DNA of 63,882 bases, filler included, from Octopus bimaculoides (lineage: Eukaryota), in NCBI RefSeq assembly GCF_001194135.2. It is 5 parts of 5 records of this genome, joined end to end, with 100 filler letters (N's around TTAATTAATTAA, not from the genome) between each part and the next. Parts side by side here need not be neighbours in the genome. Positions count along the whole stretch, not along the records: positions 35,079 to 59,994 come from NC_068993.1; positions 60,095 to 61,813 come from NC_068983.1; positions 61,914 to 63,882 come from NC_069005.1; 2 more parts are not named here. One strand, written 5' to 3'. Positions 54,031-63,882 of this stretch are shown in pieces. Below the pieces are notes generated by a model. The model had not been told where the DNA came from. It made no database searches and saw nothing but the letters and a program-made list of their open reading frames with translations. Numbering within the stretch: position 1 is the first letter of the stretch; each line of letters starts with the position of its first letter. Both the position numbers and the translations under genes were made by a program.

Positions 54031-55759
54031 TTAACTCTCAGCCATTGTTTCCGTGTCTTTTGAAGAACTGGAAGTGAGAATGACAGGTCCACATTTTAAA
54101 GGGTCAAAGTGGTTCCTTTCATGTGAACACAGTTTTCTACAGGAGAAGAAATATGGTAATTTTAGGGTATATATCTTTTCGAAGAATATCAGGTCAAGCG
54201 TGATGTCAGATGACTTCCTATTAGAAATCGAAACCTCATACCAGATACTATTCAACATTTATCAACCTCTTGCTCTACAAATTTTCTGATATTTAGGCGT
54301 ATATTGATTAGTACGAAAAGAGAGATTAATTAATATTATTAAAGTTTTTGAAGCCAGCCGAAGTTAAACAACATAACACAGTTGTTTATTTAGTTTCTAT
54401 TTTTATTTTACAACTTTAGAATAATTCATTAGTTAAAGATTCAGCGACAGCATAACATTTTGGACTTTCCTGTGCATTTTTAGTTTATTTCTCTTTTACT
54501 ATGTTTCATTTTATTGAACTTGAACAAATATTTGAAATTAGCACATCGACCAAGAAACCTATTCTAATGCAGGAAGTCGGCTTGGGAAAAACACCTTACT
54601 TTGTCAATAAATTTCCTTGTCTTTGATCTAGTGAAATTAACAACAAGAATTTCTAATTACTTTTGTTCCATACTATGTAAACATTAAAGAACGCAGATTT
54701 TGTATATACGTTTATATGTATTTGTATACAATTTGTGTGAATATCGAAGTGTATGTGTATGCGTAGGTGTTTATATGAGAAGAACATAAGATACACACTG
54801 CAGTATTGCATCTATTATAAGTGAAGGAGAAACAAACTAATAAATAAACAAGAAATAAATCAAATCTCGATAAAATGAAGAATAAATTGATTGATGTGCT
54901 GTGAATAAGTCATGGAAAATGTGCTATGGTGACGGAGTTTAAGATACAGCTGAGAACAACTTAAAATAAGTTAGCCCAACCTAGAGAAATTTCGGTCAAA
55001 TGTAAATAAACGTTGGCAAATGCAAGTGTGTTATAAGAATTATAACATCACGAGTAAGACCGAATTATAACAACACCAAATGGCAAGAAACAGTATTCGA
55101 TTACAACTATTACAGCTGAATTATTAGATTTGGCTTACTTCATTTACTATCGATATCACTCTGAAATATAGCACATATCTATATTACTTTAGCATATTCT
55201 CCCACAAATGATGACTCAAAGTGTCAAGAGTCCAAACTAAAGTGTAAGGATATATTGGTTTCTATAGATTGCTAGTCGTATAGCTCTCTTAACGTAAGTA
55301 ATTTACCATAACTAGTACAAACCTTAAGCCGTTCAATTCGAACAATAACTTATACCAGATCATGTGTTTATTCGTGTTTCAAAATAGATGTCGTTGTTTA
55401 ACTCCCTCTCAAAAGATCAAATACATTTCTATCCGTGACTCTGGTGTATGTTTTGTGGATATTAGAACTACATTATCTAATGTTTAATAATAAGTTGTTG
55501 TTTCTTTTAGGGTGTAGAGTGTGACTTCAGAAAGAGGTGATTGCTTTTTCCAGGAAATCAAATGACCCTCAAATATATTTTTCCCTGACTCACTCTAAAA
55601 TAGAAAGTTATTTGTGGGGAATGTTTCACAATAAATTACTAACCCTACTGAACAAATGCAGATAAAATTCAATTCATGGATTTATAATCTTAAAATAAAA
55701 TTAAATTGAATCAAATTTCTCATTTGTAGAACTCGTCTTATAACTAACTACTCTGGCCT

Positions 55760-55908
55760 TTATTCCTCCTCTGCCTCATCCCCCTCTGCCTCATACCCCT
55801 CTGCCTCATCCTCCTCTGACTCATCCTTCTCTGCCTCATCCTCCTCTGCCTCATTCTCCTCTGCCTCATCCTCCTCTGCCTCATCCTCCTCTGTCTTTTT
55901 GAAATCAA
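55760..55908 (-). CDS. Candidate acidic terminal exon (xDFKKTEEDEAEEDEAEENEAEEDEAEKDESEEDEAEGYEAEGDEAEEE*)
   Basis: Acceptor attgttgtttag; the phase-1 frame stays open through a 15-bp minisatellite and stops immediately after it. Confidence 0.3.
55768..55893. repeat. 15-bp minisatellite (CCTCTGCCTCATCCT) x ~8.4
   Basis: Units counted directly; single-base variants between units. Confidence 0.95.
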
Positions 55909-56594
55909 CTAAACAACAATATTATTATATAGAGATATTGTTGTATAGAAATGCTGAAAGTGATGATGTTTCATTCTACACTATAAACTTCCTTACAAAT
56001 ACACTAACATTATTCATATCAGAGCAGCGATATACTGCTTATGGGACAAAACTGTGAGGTCACTACTAACATTACATGTATAAGAGCATACATTCAGTAC
56101 TAACTTTACATAGCTTCAACATCGCCACCATTCACCTGGAGTAATATGTATTGGTAGAAATCTATGACGTAGAACAAATAGGTACAATTACTAAAATAGG
56201 TGTACATACTTATATATGTACTCGATAATTTATTACTATCACTGGATTATATTATAGTATGTTCATATCGGCGTGCATGAGCTGGTAAAGGTCAGGTGTA
56301 CTTCAGGTTGAATGTTTTAGGATAAGCATTTGTAATGTACATGTGGAATTGTTATGTTGTAGTTGTACAAGTAGAGTTAACAAGTATTTCCGTTTAATTG
56401 CGTATTTAATGACAGAGCTTTAATGATAACAAATATTTACAAGAGAAAATAACATAAAAAACGGAAGTTTAGATGTAAACAAATGTTAATAATTGCATGC
56501 CACTTTAAATCATGAGCATTTAGTGTCACTAATTCTGTTTAGCAATCAAAGCAAACAGGGTAAGAATATAATGTTTGCTGTTCAACGAAGTAAA

Positions 56595-56627
56595 TTATAT
56601 GCTATTCCATGGTACACTGGCGAGATG
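56595..56627 (-). CDS. Candidate terminal exon of the minus-strand gene (HLASVPWNSI*)
   Basis: Strong acceptor tttttttttcag; phase 0 reading ends in TAA. Terminal status is unproven. Confidence 0.3.
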   Translation of the reverse strand, partial: HLASVPWNSI

Positions 56628-57343
56628 CTGAAAAAAAAAAATGTTTTATGTAATACATTCGCGTTGTACTATTTCGTGATTCGCTTTTCTTTCTTTTGTT
56701 GTATTGGTTGCTTAGCAAATCAAATTCGGATTACTCTGATATTAGAATTCTTTTATCTTTATAATCAACTAACAAAAATGTCTATTAATCAGCTAGTCAC
56801 TCACTGAAACAAGCAAGGCTACCTTAAGTGTATGTATGTATGTTTGTATGTATGTATGTATGTATATGTATATATATATNNNNNNNNNNNNNNNNNNNNN
56901 NNNNNNNNNNNNNNNNNNNNNNNNNNNNNNNNNNNNNNNNNNNNNNNNNNNNNNNNNNNNNNNNNNNNNNNNNNNNNNNNNNNNNNNNNNNNNNNNNNNN
57001 NNNNNNNNNNNNNNNNNNNNNNNNNNNNNNNNNNNNNNNNNNNNNNNNNNNNNNNNNNNNNNNNNNNNNNNNNNNNNNNNNNNNNNNNNNNNNNNNNNNN
57101 NNNNNNTATATATGTGTGTGTTTGTTTGTGTATGTTTGTGTGTGTGTATATATAGAGGCATGTATGTATGTATGTATGTATGTATGTATGTATGTATGTC
57201 TATATGTATGTATGTATGTATGTATGTGTGTATGTATGTATGCATGCATGTATGTATGTATCTATCTAGGTTTTCCTGTCAATGAATCTATCTAGACATA
57301 TAGCTAGCAATCTATCACTATGAAAAATTATTTTAGATAAATT

Positions 57344-57389
<46 letters not shown>

Positions 57390-57546
57390 ACCACCTTTTC
57401 ACTTAAACTTTGTTTAGCATGACTTTGTATTGGACTGAATATTTTATATTTGACTCTGCTTTCAGTATTGAGTCTGGTCATGTATCAAAGTTCGAATTTT
57501 GTAGATAATCTTAGTTTAAAATGTTTTTTCTCCCACAAACACTCAC

Positions 57547-57570
57547 ACGCACAAGGCTACAGTCTAATAT
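57547..57570 (-). CDS. Unidentified minus-strand gene, 24-nt microexon (ILDCSLVR)
   Basis: Strong acceptor cttttatttgtttcag and donor GTGAGT; phase 0 to 0. Confidence 0.6.
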
Positions 57571-57788
57571 CTGAAACAAATAAAAGATATGAATGTATGT
57601 ATGTATATATATGTATGATATGTGTGTATATATTGTATATTATATAAACACACACACATACATATAGGCATGTGTGCATATGTATGTATATATATATTTA
57701 TATACACACGTAAATACACTAAGGTATATATGCATAGTAATAAACACACATAATTTTTGGTTCCTCCTATTACAGGACAATATTTCAG

Positions 57789-57819
<31 letters not shown>

Positions 57820-57908
57820 CTATTATCTGGGAAATAAAACTATTTTCGCCAGTTGGTATTTGGAAAATCCTCAATAAATATCGATATTTTTTTATGGCAC
57901 GAATTCAC

Positions 57909-57986
57909 CATTTCCGATGCTTTGTTCAAACTTGCAAAGGCAGGAACATCATACTTCACCGAGTGAGAAATAGTTGGATGCGTTTT
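57909..57986 (-). CDS. Unidentified minus-strand gene, exon (KTHPTISHSVKYDVPAFASLNKASEM)
   Basis: Acceptor gtctattatag and donor GTGAAT; 78 nt, phase 0 to 0, open frame. Confidence 0.65.
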
Positions 57987-58009
57987 CTATAATAGACTAA
58001 TCGATTTTA

Positions 58010-58240
58010 GAATTGCTAATACCGTCATCGTTGAAGGTGACGAGCTGGCAAAATTCTTACTGAAGCTAACAAAATGCTTCGCGGCATTTCTTCTGACTGT
58101 ACTTTCTGAGTTCAAAAGCCACCGACGTCTAGACTGTCTTTCAACCTTCGAGGTAAATAAGTACCTATTGAGTACTGGTGGTCGATGTAATCTATTATTC
58201 CAAAATTGCTGGCCTTGAGCCAAAATTTGATACCGATATT
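58010..58240 (-). mobile_element. SINE family C in an intron of the minus-strand gene
   Basis: Degenerate family C core, with a head-like segment and a reverse-complement tail. Confidence 0.6.
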
Positions 58241-58703
58241 ATCATCCTTTAAACTCCAAATATATTTAGATAGTGAGGTGATGAGTCCGTATTCAGTTTA
58301 CCCGAATGATAGAAAGAATATATTCATAAGACATTGAGTGTATCATGCATAGATTTTTATTTTACTGATATTGCAAGAGACATTTTCTCCCGATAAAAAA
58401 ATATTTTGAACAGAGAGTTGCGTTTGATAACATTAGACATATTAATATTATAATCGGACTTATATAAAGGAAGAGTGTTTCCGGGCTACGAATGAAGGTA
58501 ACAGTTTGGAGAAAGGTTTCTCAAAAATATTAGCTCACCATAACACTATTTCTATTAATTAGGAACGACAAAAGCAGTATTAATAGCAAAATGTATATCT
58601 TTATTCCTCCTCTAAGTATTTGCACAACTTTGGACCTACTAGTATTCATTTTCATTTTCCTTTGATATAGATTACTGCATAATAATTACTTCCCTTTTCT
58701 CAC

Positions 58704-58744
58704 CATGCTGTACCTCTTATCCTTTTTTCCAATCATGGATTTAC
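58704..58744 (-). CDS. Unidentified minus-strand gene, exon (SKSMIGKKDKRYSM)
   Basis: Acceptor gttactctttag and donor GTGAGA; 41 nt, phase 1 to 0, bridging the flanking exons in frame. Confidence 0.65.
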
Positions 58745-58884
58745 CTAAAGAGTAACCGATCTAAATGAATTTAACAGAACATTCTTCAGCATAAAAATAT
58801 CATTGACACAAAAAATATCATTGACGGAGATCATTCTTCCACTGTCTCACCTATATTTCTCCGATGAAAGAATTGCCAACTTAC

Positions 58885-58979
58885 TGAGTCTTCGCTCGAT
58901 ACGATGCTCCAATTGCTGAGATATCACCGAAACAGCTGTAACAAAAGCGTCATGACTTTCAATATTGTTTGCTACCCAC
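58885..58979 (-). CDS. Unidentified minus-strand gene, exon (WVANNIESHDAFVTAVSVISQQLEHRIERRL)
   Basis: Acceptor tgtcttacag and donor GTAAGT; 95 nt, only one open frame, phase 2 to 1. Confidence 0.75.
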
Positions 58980-59387
58980 CTGTAAGACATTATTGACTGG
59001 GTAATCTCAAAACATGTCAACAGTTAGGAAAATGAACTGAGAGAAAAACCCATCACTCCTCAAGAATATTTTGTTGTTATGAAAATCCTGGAATTTGTTG
59101 GTCATTGTTTTTAGCCCGTTTATTCAATTTTTTAAAGATTACTTGTAGAAAGGCTCTACATTTTATCTGCATGTACTTCATAACACATATGATAACGATA
59201 GTTTGCAGATGATCAATATAGTCTAGTTTCAGATAAAACGAATAATTATTTCAGAAGGCACAAGGAGTTCATTATTATTCAATAAACTGGATTATTATAC
59301 TGTTGAAAATAAAATTAAAAAAATTGCTGCTCTAAGATTAATAGCTATATGTTTTTGAGACTCTGATTGACGAAATATAGCCTTCAC

Positions 59388-59439
59388 CTTTGAAAATCAG
59401 AAATTTCTATAGAATTTAGTTCTCTGGGCATGACATTGT
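59388..59439 (-). CDS. Unidentified minus-strand gene, exon (xNVMPRELNSIEISDFQR)
   Basis: Acceptor ttatatgcctag and donor GTGAAG; 52 nt, phase 1 to 2, splicing in frame to the next exon. Confidence 0.6.
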
Positions 59440-60330
59440 CTAGGCATATAACAATTCACATAAAAAAAAAGAATATTAGTTAACACCATGCATATGCCAT
59501 TAATTTACTCCATACATGGCACTCTGTATAGACACACATATATAAACTAGGAGGACCACAAACACATATACATCATACACACAGATATACACATACATAT
59601 ATGAGAGAGAGAGAAAGAGAGAGAGCGAGAGAGAGAGAGGAGAGAGAGAGTGAGAGAGAGAGAGCGAGAGCGAGAGCGAGAGAGAGAGAGAGTGAGTGAG
59701 TTAGTGAGTGAGTGAGAGACAGTGACGGAATTAGAAAAACTAAAATTGTTTGGGTTTGATATACAAAATATATATACATGTATACATGTACATAAGGAGA
59801 AAGCAAAGACTGAACAGTTTCAGACGATGAGTATTCATGCACATATATATATATATATATATATAAACAAATAGTAAATATGTATATGCATATGTACGTA
59901 CAGGTATGTGCATACCGACATCCACCTGTATGTATAGGTGCATATCTGGGTACAGGACATTGCAAACAAAACGTAGACGAGAAAACACACAAGCNNNNNN
60001 NNNNNNNNNNNNNNNNNNNNNNNNNNNNNNNNNNNNNNTTAATTAATTAANNNNNNNNNNNNNNNNNNNNNNNNNNNNNNNNNNNNNNNNNNNNGATGAG
60101 AGACTGGTTGTTCTAAGACATTTATCGATTGTAAATTTTGTCTGCACAGTTACCTTTCGGTATAGTGATCATTTGCAAACTCCAGAGGCGACACTTTCAT
60201 TTCCCTTTACTCCAAACGTCACACGTTGTTATTTCAATTGAGTCATGTCCTTCCAATTGCTATAGATCCGTAATGCATCTTACAGCTGTGCCTGTCACCT
60301 GTATGGTGAGGAATCCTACATGTATTGGGA

Positions 60331-60371
<41 letters not shown>

Positions 60372-60387
60372 TGTCTGTGTGAATCCC

Positions 60388-60458
60388 TAATCCGGGCAAC
60401 GCTGGGTATTTCTGCTAGTATATTAATAAAGTCGAGCAAAGACGGCTAATTCTACTAG
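60388..60458 (+). mobile_element. Two tandem Helitron-like 3' termini
   Basis: CCGGGCAACGCTGGG-TATTTCTG-CTAG|T followed by GTCGAGCAAAGACGGC-TAATTCTA-CTAG|T. Confidence 0.6.
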
Positions 60459-61713
60459 TATACAATGATACATATGTATGGACATACATACAAACAGACT
60501 TACATACATACACACATACATACATACATACATACATACATACATACATACATACATACATACATACATGAAAATATAATGTCAGGAGATATGAAAGATG
60601 AATATATATTTATTGTCGAATTGTTGGTGTAACCATGATGTTCCGGTGATCCGATAAACTAACTTTATTTGCATTCATTTGTGAGTATATAATTATATTG
60701 TATAGTGCTGAGCATATTTATCAGTGCAAAAATGTACGCACAATTTTTCCATACCGAAATTAATACCATATGAGTAAGGTTGCGAAACGGCCTAATCCTA
60801 TGGAAGTAACATGATTAAATAAATTTATATTCACTTCTCAAACATACAGTCTTTGTGATTTTAAATACTCCTCCTGAAATAATTTCATCGATCTGGATTT
60901 TCAGTTTTATGGACACTCTATATAAAACAACTTTGTAATTGATTTCTATGTGGACTGATAGCCGAGTCCGTAACAGGAGCTTTCTGTGATAGCTGCAAGA
61001 TTTTCTAAATCCATATCTTATACAACTCATTTGTATACATACATGTGTGAGTGTATGTGCGTAAATGTGCGTGCGCGCACACACACACATACACACGCAC
61101 AAACACAAACACCCACCCACACATATATATATATTTACATACACACGCATATGTATATATGTATTTGTACATTCATATATATACATAAAAATATGTGTGT
61201 GTGCGTGAATATGTGTGAATGTATGTATGTGTGTAGTTGTAGTTATATATAAAAATAAATATAACATTTTGTATATCTGTATAATGTCTTAAATATAACA
61301 GCACATAGTGAATGTACGTATATACATTCTTAAAATTGATGTAGCCAGGACGTATGTTGACTACCAGAGTTGTAGAAAAGGTTGAAACGCCATATAAAAT
61401 AGCAAAAAAGATATGGAAGGTAAAGTCACTGTATATAATCCATTACACCATATCCCTATATATCCTGGATGAACGCTCCCCATAACATGCTCAGTCAACT
61501 TAATATAATCCCAAAGAATAGTTCAGGATCATCGCTTCTGACGAAGTGAAAGAAACTACAGAGAGAGAAAACAGCCTATCAATAGCTGACATCACAAGGT
61601 TGATAACTACAGCACACGTTAACATACCCGTGCATAAAACACACACACACACACATGCACAAGCATAAACACAAACTCGCACATAAGTGTGTGTGTATGT
61701 GTTTGTGTGTGTA

Positions 61714-61760
<47 letters not shown>

Positions 61761-61770
61761 ATATAAATAT

Positions 61771-61813
<43 letters not shown>

Positions 61814-62227
61814 NNNNNNNNNNNNNNNNNNNNNNNNNNNNNNNNNNNNNNNNNNNNTTAATTAATTAANNNNNNNNNNNNNNNNNNNNNNNNNNNNNNN
61901 NNNNNNNNNNNNNAGAGAGAGAGATAGAGAGAGAAAGCAAGAATGAAAGAGGGAGACGGAGAGGAGAGAGAGAGAGAGAGAGAGAGAGAACGGGAAAGAG
62001 AGAGAAAGGGAGAGAGAGAGAGAGACAGAGAATGGAAGTGGGGAGGAAAAACAGACAGATTGTGAAGGCGAGAGTGAGATTGAGAGAAAGAGAGAGAGAG
62101 AGAGTGAGAGAGAGAGAGAGAGCGAGAGAGAGAGAGTGAGAGAGATAGAGAGAAAGCAAGAAAGAAAGAGAGAGAGGGAGAGGAGGGAGAGAAGACAGAA
62201 AGAGAGAGAGAGAGAGAGTGAGAGAGA

Positions 62228-62441
62228 GTGTGTGTGTGTGTGTTAATATCCACTCATATACACATGCGCACACGCGAACATGGACATACACTCACACACA
62301 CACACACACACGCTCCGATGGGATTCAAGGAGAGTTATCTCTCCTGGCCATTATATCACACACGTAAACAATCTATGAATGTTGAAAGCCCGAGCCCTTT
62401 TGCATTTGGCGAATCTTGCACTGCAAATCACACAAGCTCTC

Positions 62442-62472
<31 letters not shown>

Positions 62473-63384
62473 GTCTCTCTCACTCTCTCTCTCTCTCTCT
62501 CTCTCTCNNNNNNNNNNNNNNNNNNNNNNNNNNNNNNNNNNNNNNNNNNNNNNNNNNNNNNNNNNNNNNNNNNNNNNNNNNNNNNNNNNNNNNNNNNNNN
62601 NNNNNNNNNNNNNNNNNNNNNNNNNNNNNNNNNNNNNNNNNNNNNNNNNNNNNNNNNNNNNNNNNNNNNNNNNNNNNNNNNNNNNNNNNNNNNNNNNNNN
62701 NNNNNNNNNNNNNNNNNNNNNNNNNNNNNNNNNNNNNNNNNNNNNNNNNNNNNNNNNNNNNNNNNNNNNNNNNNNNNNNNNNNNNNNNNNNNNNNNNNNN
62801 NNNNNNNNNNNNNNNNNNNNNNNNNNNNNNNNNNNNNNNNNNNNNNNNNNNNNNNNNNNNNNNNNNNNNNNNNNNNNNNNNNNNNNNNNNNNNNNNNNNN
62901 NNNNNNNNNNNNNNNNNNNNNNNNNNNNNNNNNNNNNNNNNNNNNNNNNNNNNNNNNNNNNNNNNNNNNNNNNNNNNNNNNNNNNNNNNNNNNNNNNNNN
63001 NNNNNNNNNNNNNNNNNNNNNNNNNNNNNNNNNNNNNNNNNNNNNNNNNNNNNNNNNNNNNNNNNNNNNNNNNNNNNNNNNNNNNNNNNNNNNNNNNNNN
63101 NNNNNNNNNNNNNNNNNNNNNNNNNNNNNNNNNNNNNNNNNNNNNNNNNNNNNNNNNNNNNNNNNNNNNNNNNNNNNNNNNNNNNNNNNNNNNNNNNNNN
63201 NNNNNNNNNNNNNNNNNNNNNNNNNNNNNNNNNNNNNNNNNNNNNNNNNNNNNNNNNNNNNNNNNNNNNNNNNNNNNNNNNNNNNNNNNNNNNNNNNNNN
63301 NNNNNNNNNNNNNNNNNNNNNNNNNNNNNNNNNNNNNNNNNNNNNNNNNNNNNNNNNNNNNNNNNNNNNNNNNNNNNNNNNNNN

Positions 63385-63438
<54 letters not shown>

Positions 63439-63841
63439 GTGAGAGTGTGTGTGTGTGTGTTAATATCTACTCATATACATGCGCGCACACGCGAGCATGG
63501 ACATACACCCACACACCCACACACACACACACACACAAACACACACAGAGAATGGATTTATTACCAGACACATAAACTTAAAGCATATGAAATGTACATT
63601 TCTCTGTAAGCCTCAGAACACATGTTTGAGATGCAGTCATTAAAAGCAGCTGGTTTAAACCCACCTGGTAGCCATCACCAATCCATGTAACTCACATTCC
63701 ATCCCATCGGGTTTTGAGTCGCTTCGATGGGATTCAAAGCGAGTTATCTCTCCTGGCTATTATATCACACACGTAAAGAATCTATGAATGTTGAAAGCCG
63801 GAGCCCTTTTGCATTTGGCGAATCTTGCACTGCAAATCACA

Positions 63842-63870
<29 letters not shown>
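62228..63870. repeat. Tandem near-duplicate segments (62228-62450 and 63440-63860) across a gap
   Basis: gttaatatccactcatatac... and cgatgggattcaa...gcactgcaaatcacacaagctctc each occur twice with few substitutions. Confidence 0.85.

Positions 63871-63882
<12 letters not shown>

Noticed and set aside
61330-61556. Minus-strand hydrophobic reading after a strong pyrimidine tract (FFHFVRSDDPELFFGIILS...)
   Set aside because: It has multiple in-frame stops and no good donor, and it cannot be linked to the minus-strand gene.

Overview
AT-rich animal genomic DNA, dense in microsatellites and SINEs and with many N gaps. The repeat landscape strongly suggests an octopus (coleoid cephalopod) assembly; this is inference from repeat types. 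Nearly all long ORFs in the track are artefacts of microsatellites or N runs. Manual splice-site reading recovers two intron-containing genes. (1) Plus strand, 13464-31551: eight phase-consistent exons (about 358 aa) encoding the middle part of an extracellular-type mosaic protein, CUB - kringle - degenerate ShKT - CCP/sushi - C-type lectin (N-terminal half). Its 5' part (possibly an astacin protease) and most of the lectin's second half were not found. (2) Minus strand, about 55760-59439: five well-supported small exons of an unidentified protein, with two candidate terminal exons, one built from an acidic minisatellite. The rest is transposon debris: at least three R4/Dong-like non-LTR subfamilies sitting in (AAT)n arrays, a Helitron remnant enclosing a CR1-type reverse transcriptase fragment, two Tc1/mariner remnants, a Helentron-like non-autonomous element and several tRNA-derived SINE families. 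A candidate minimal type I hammerhead ribozyme lies at about 42458-42502. Four N44-TTAATTAATTAA-N44 blocks are artificial scaffold linkers, so order and orientation across them are uncertain.
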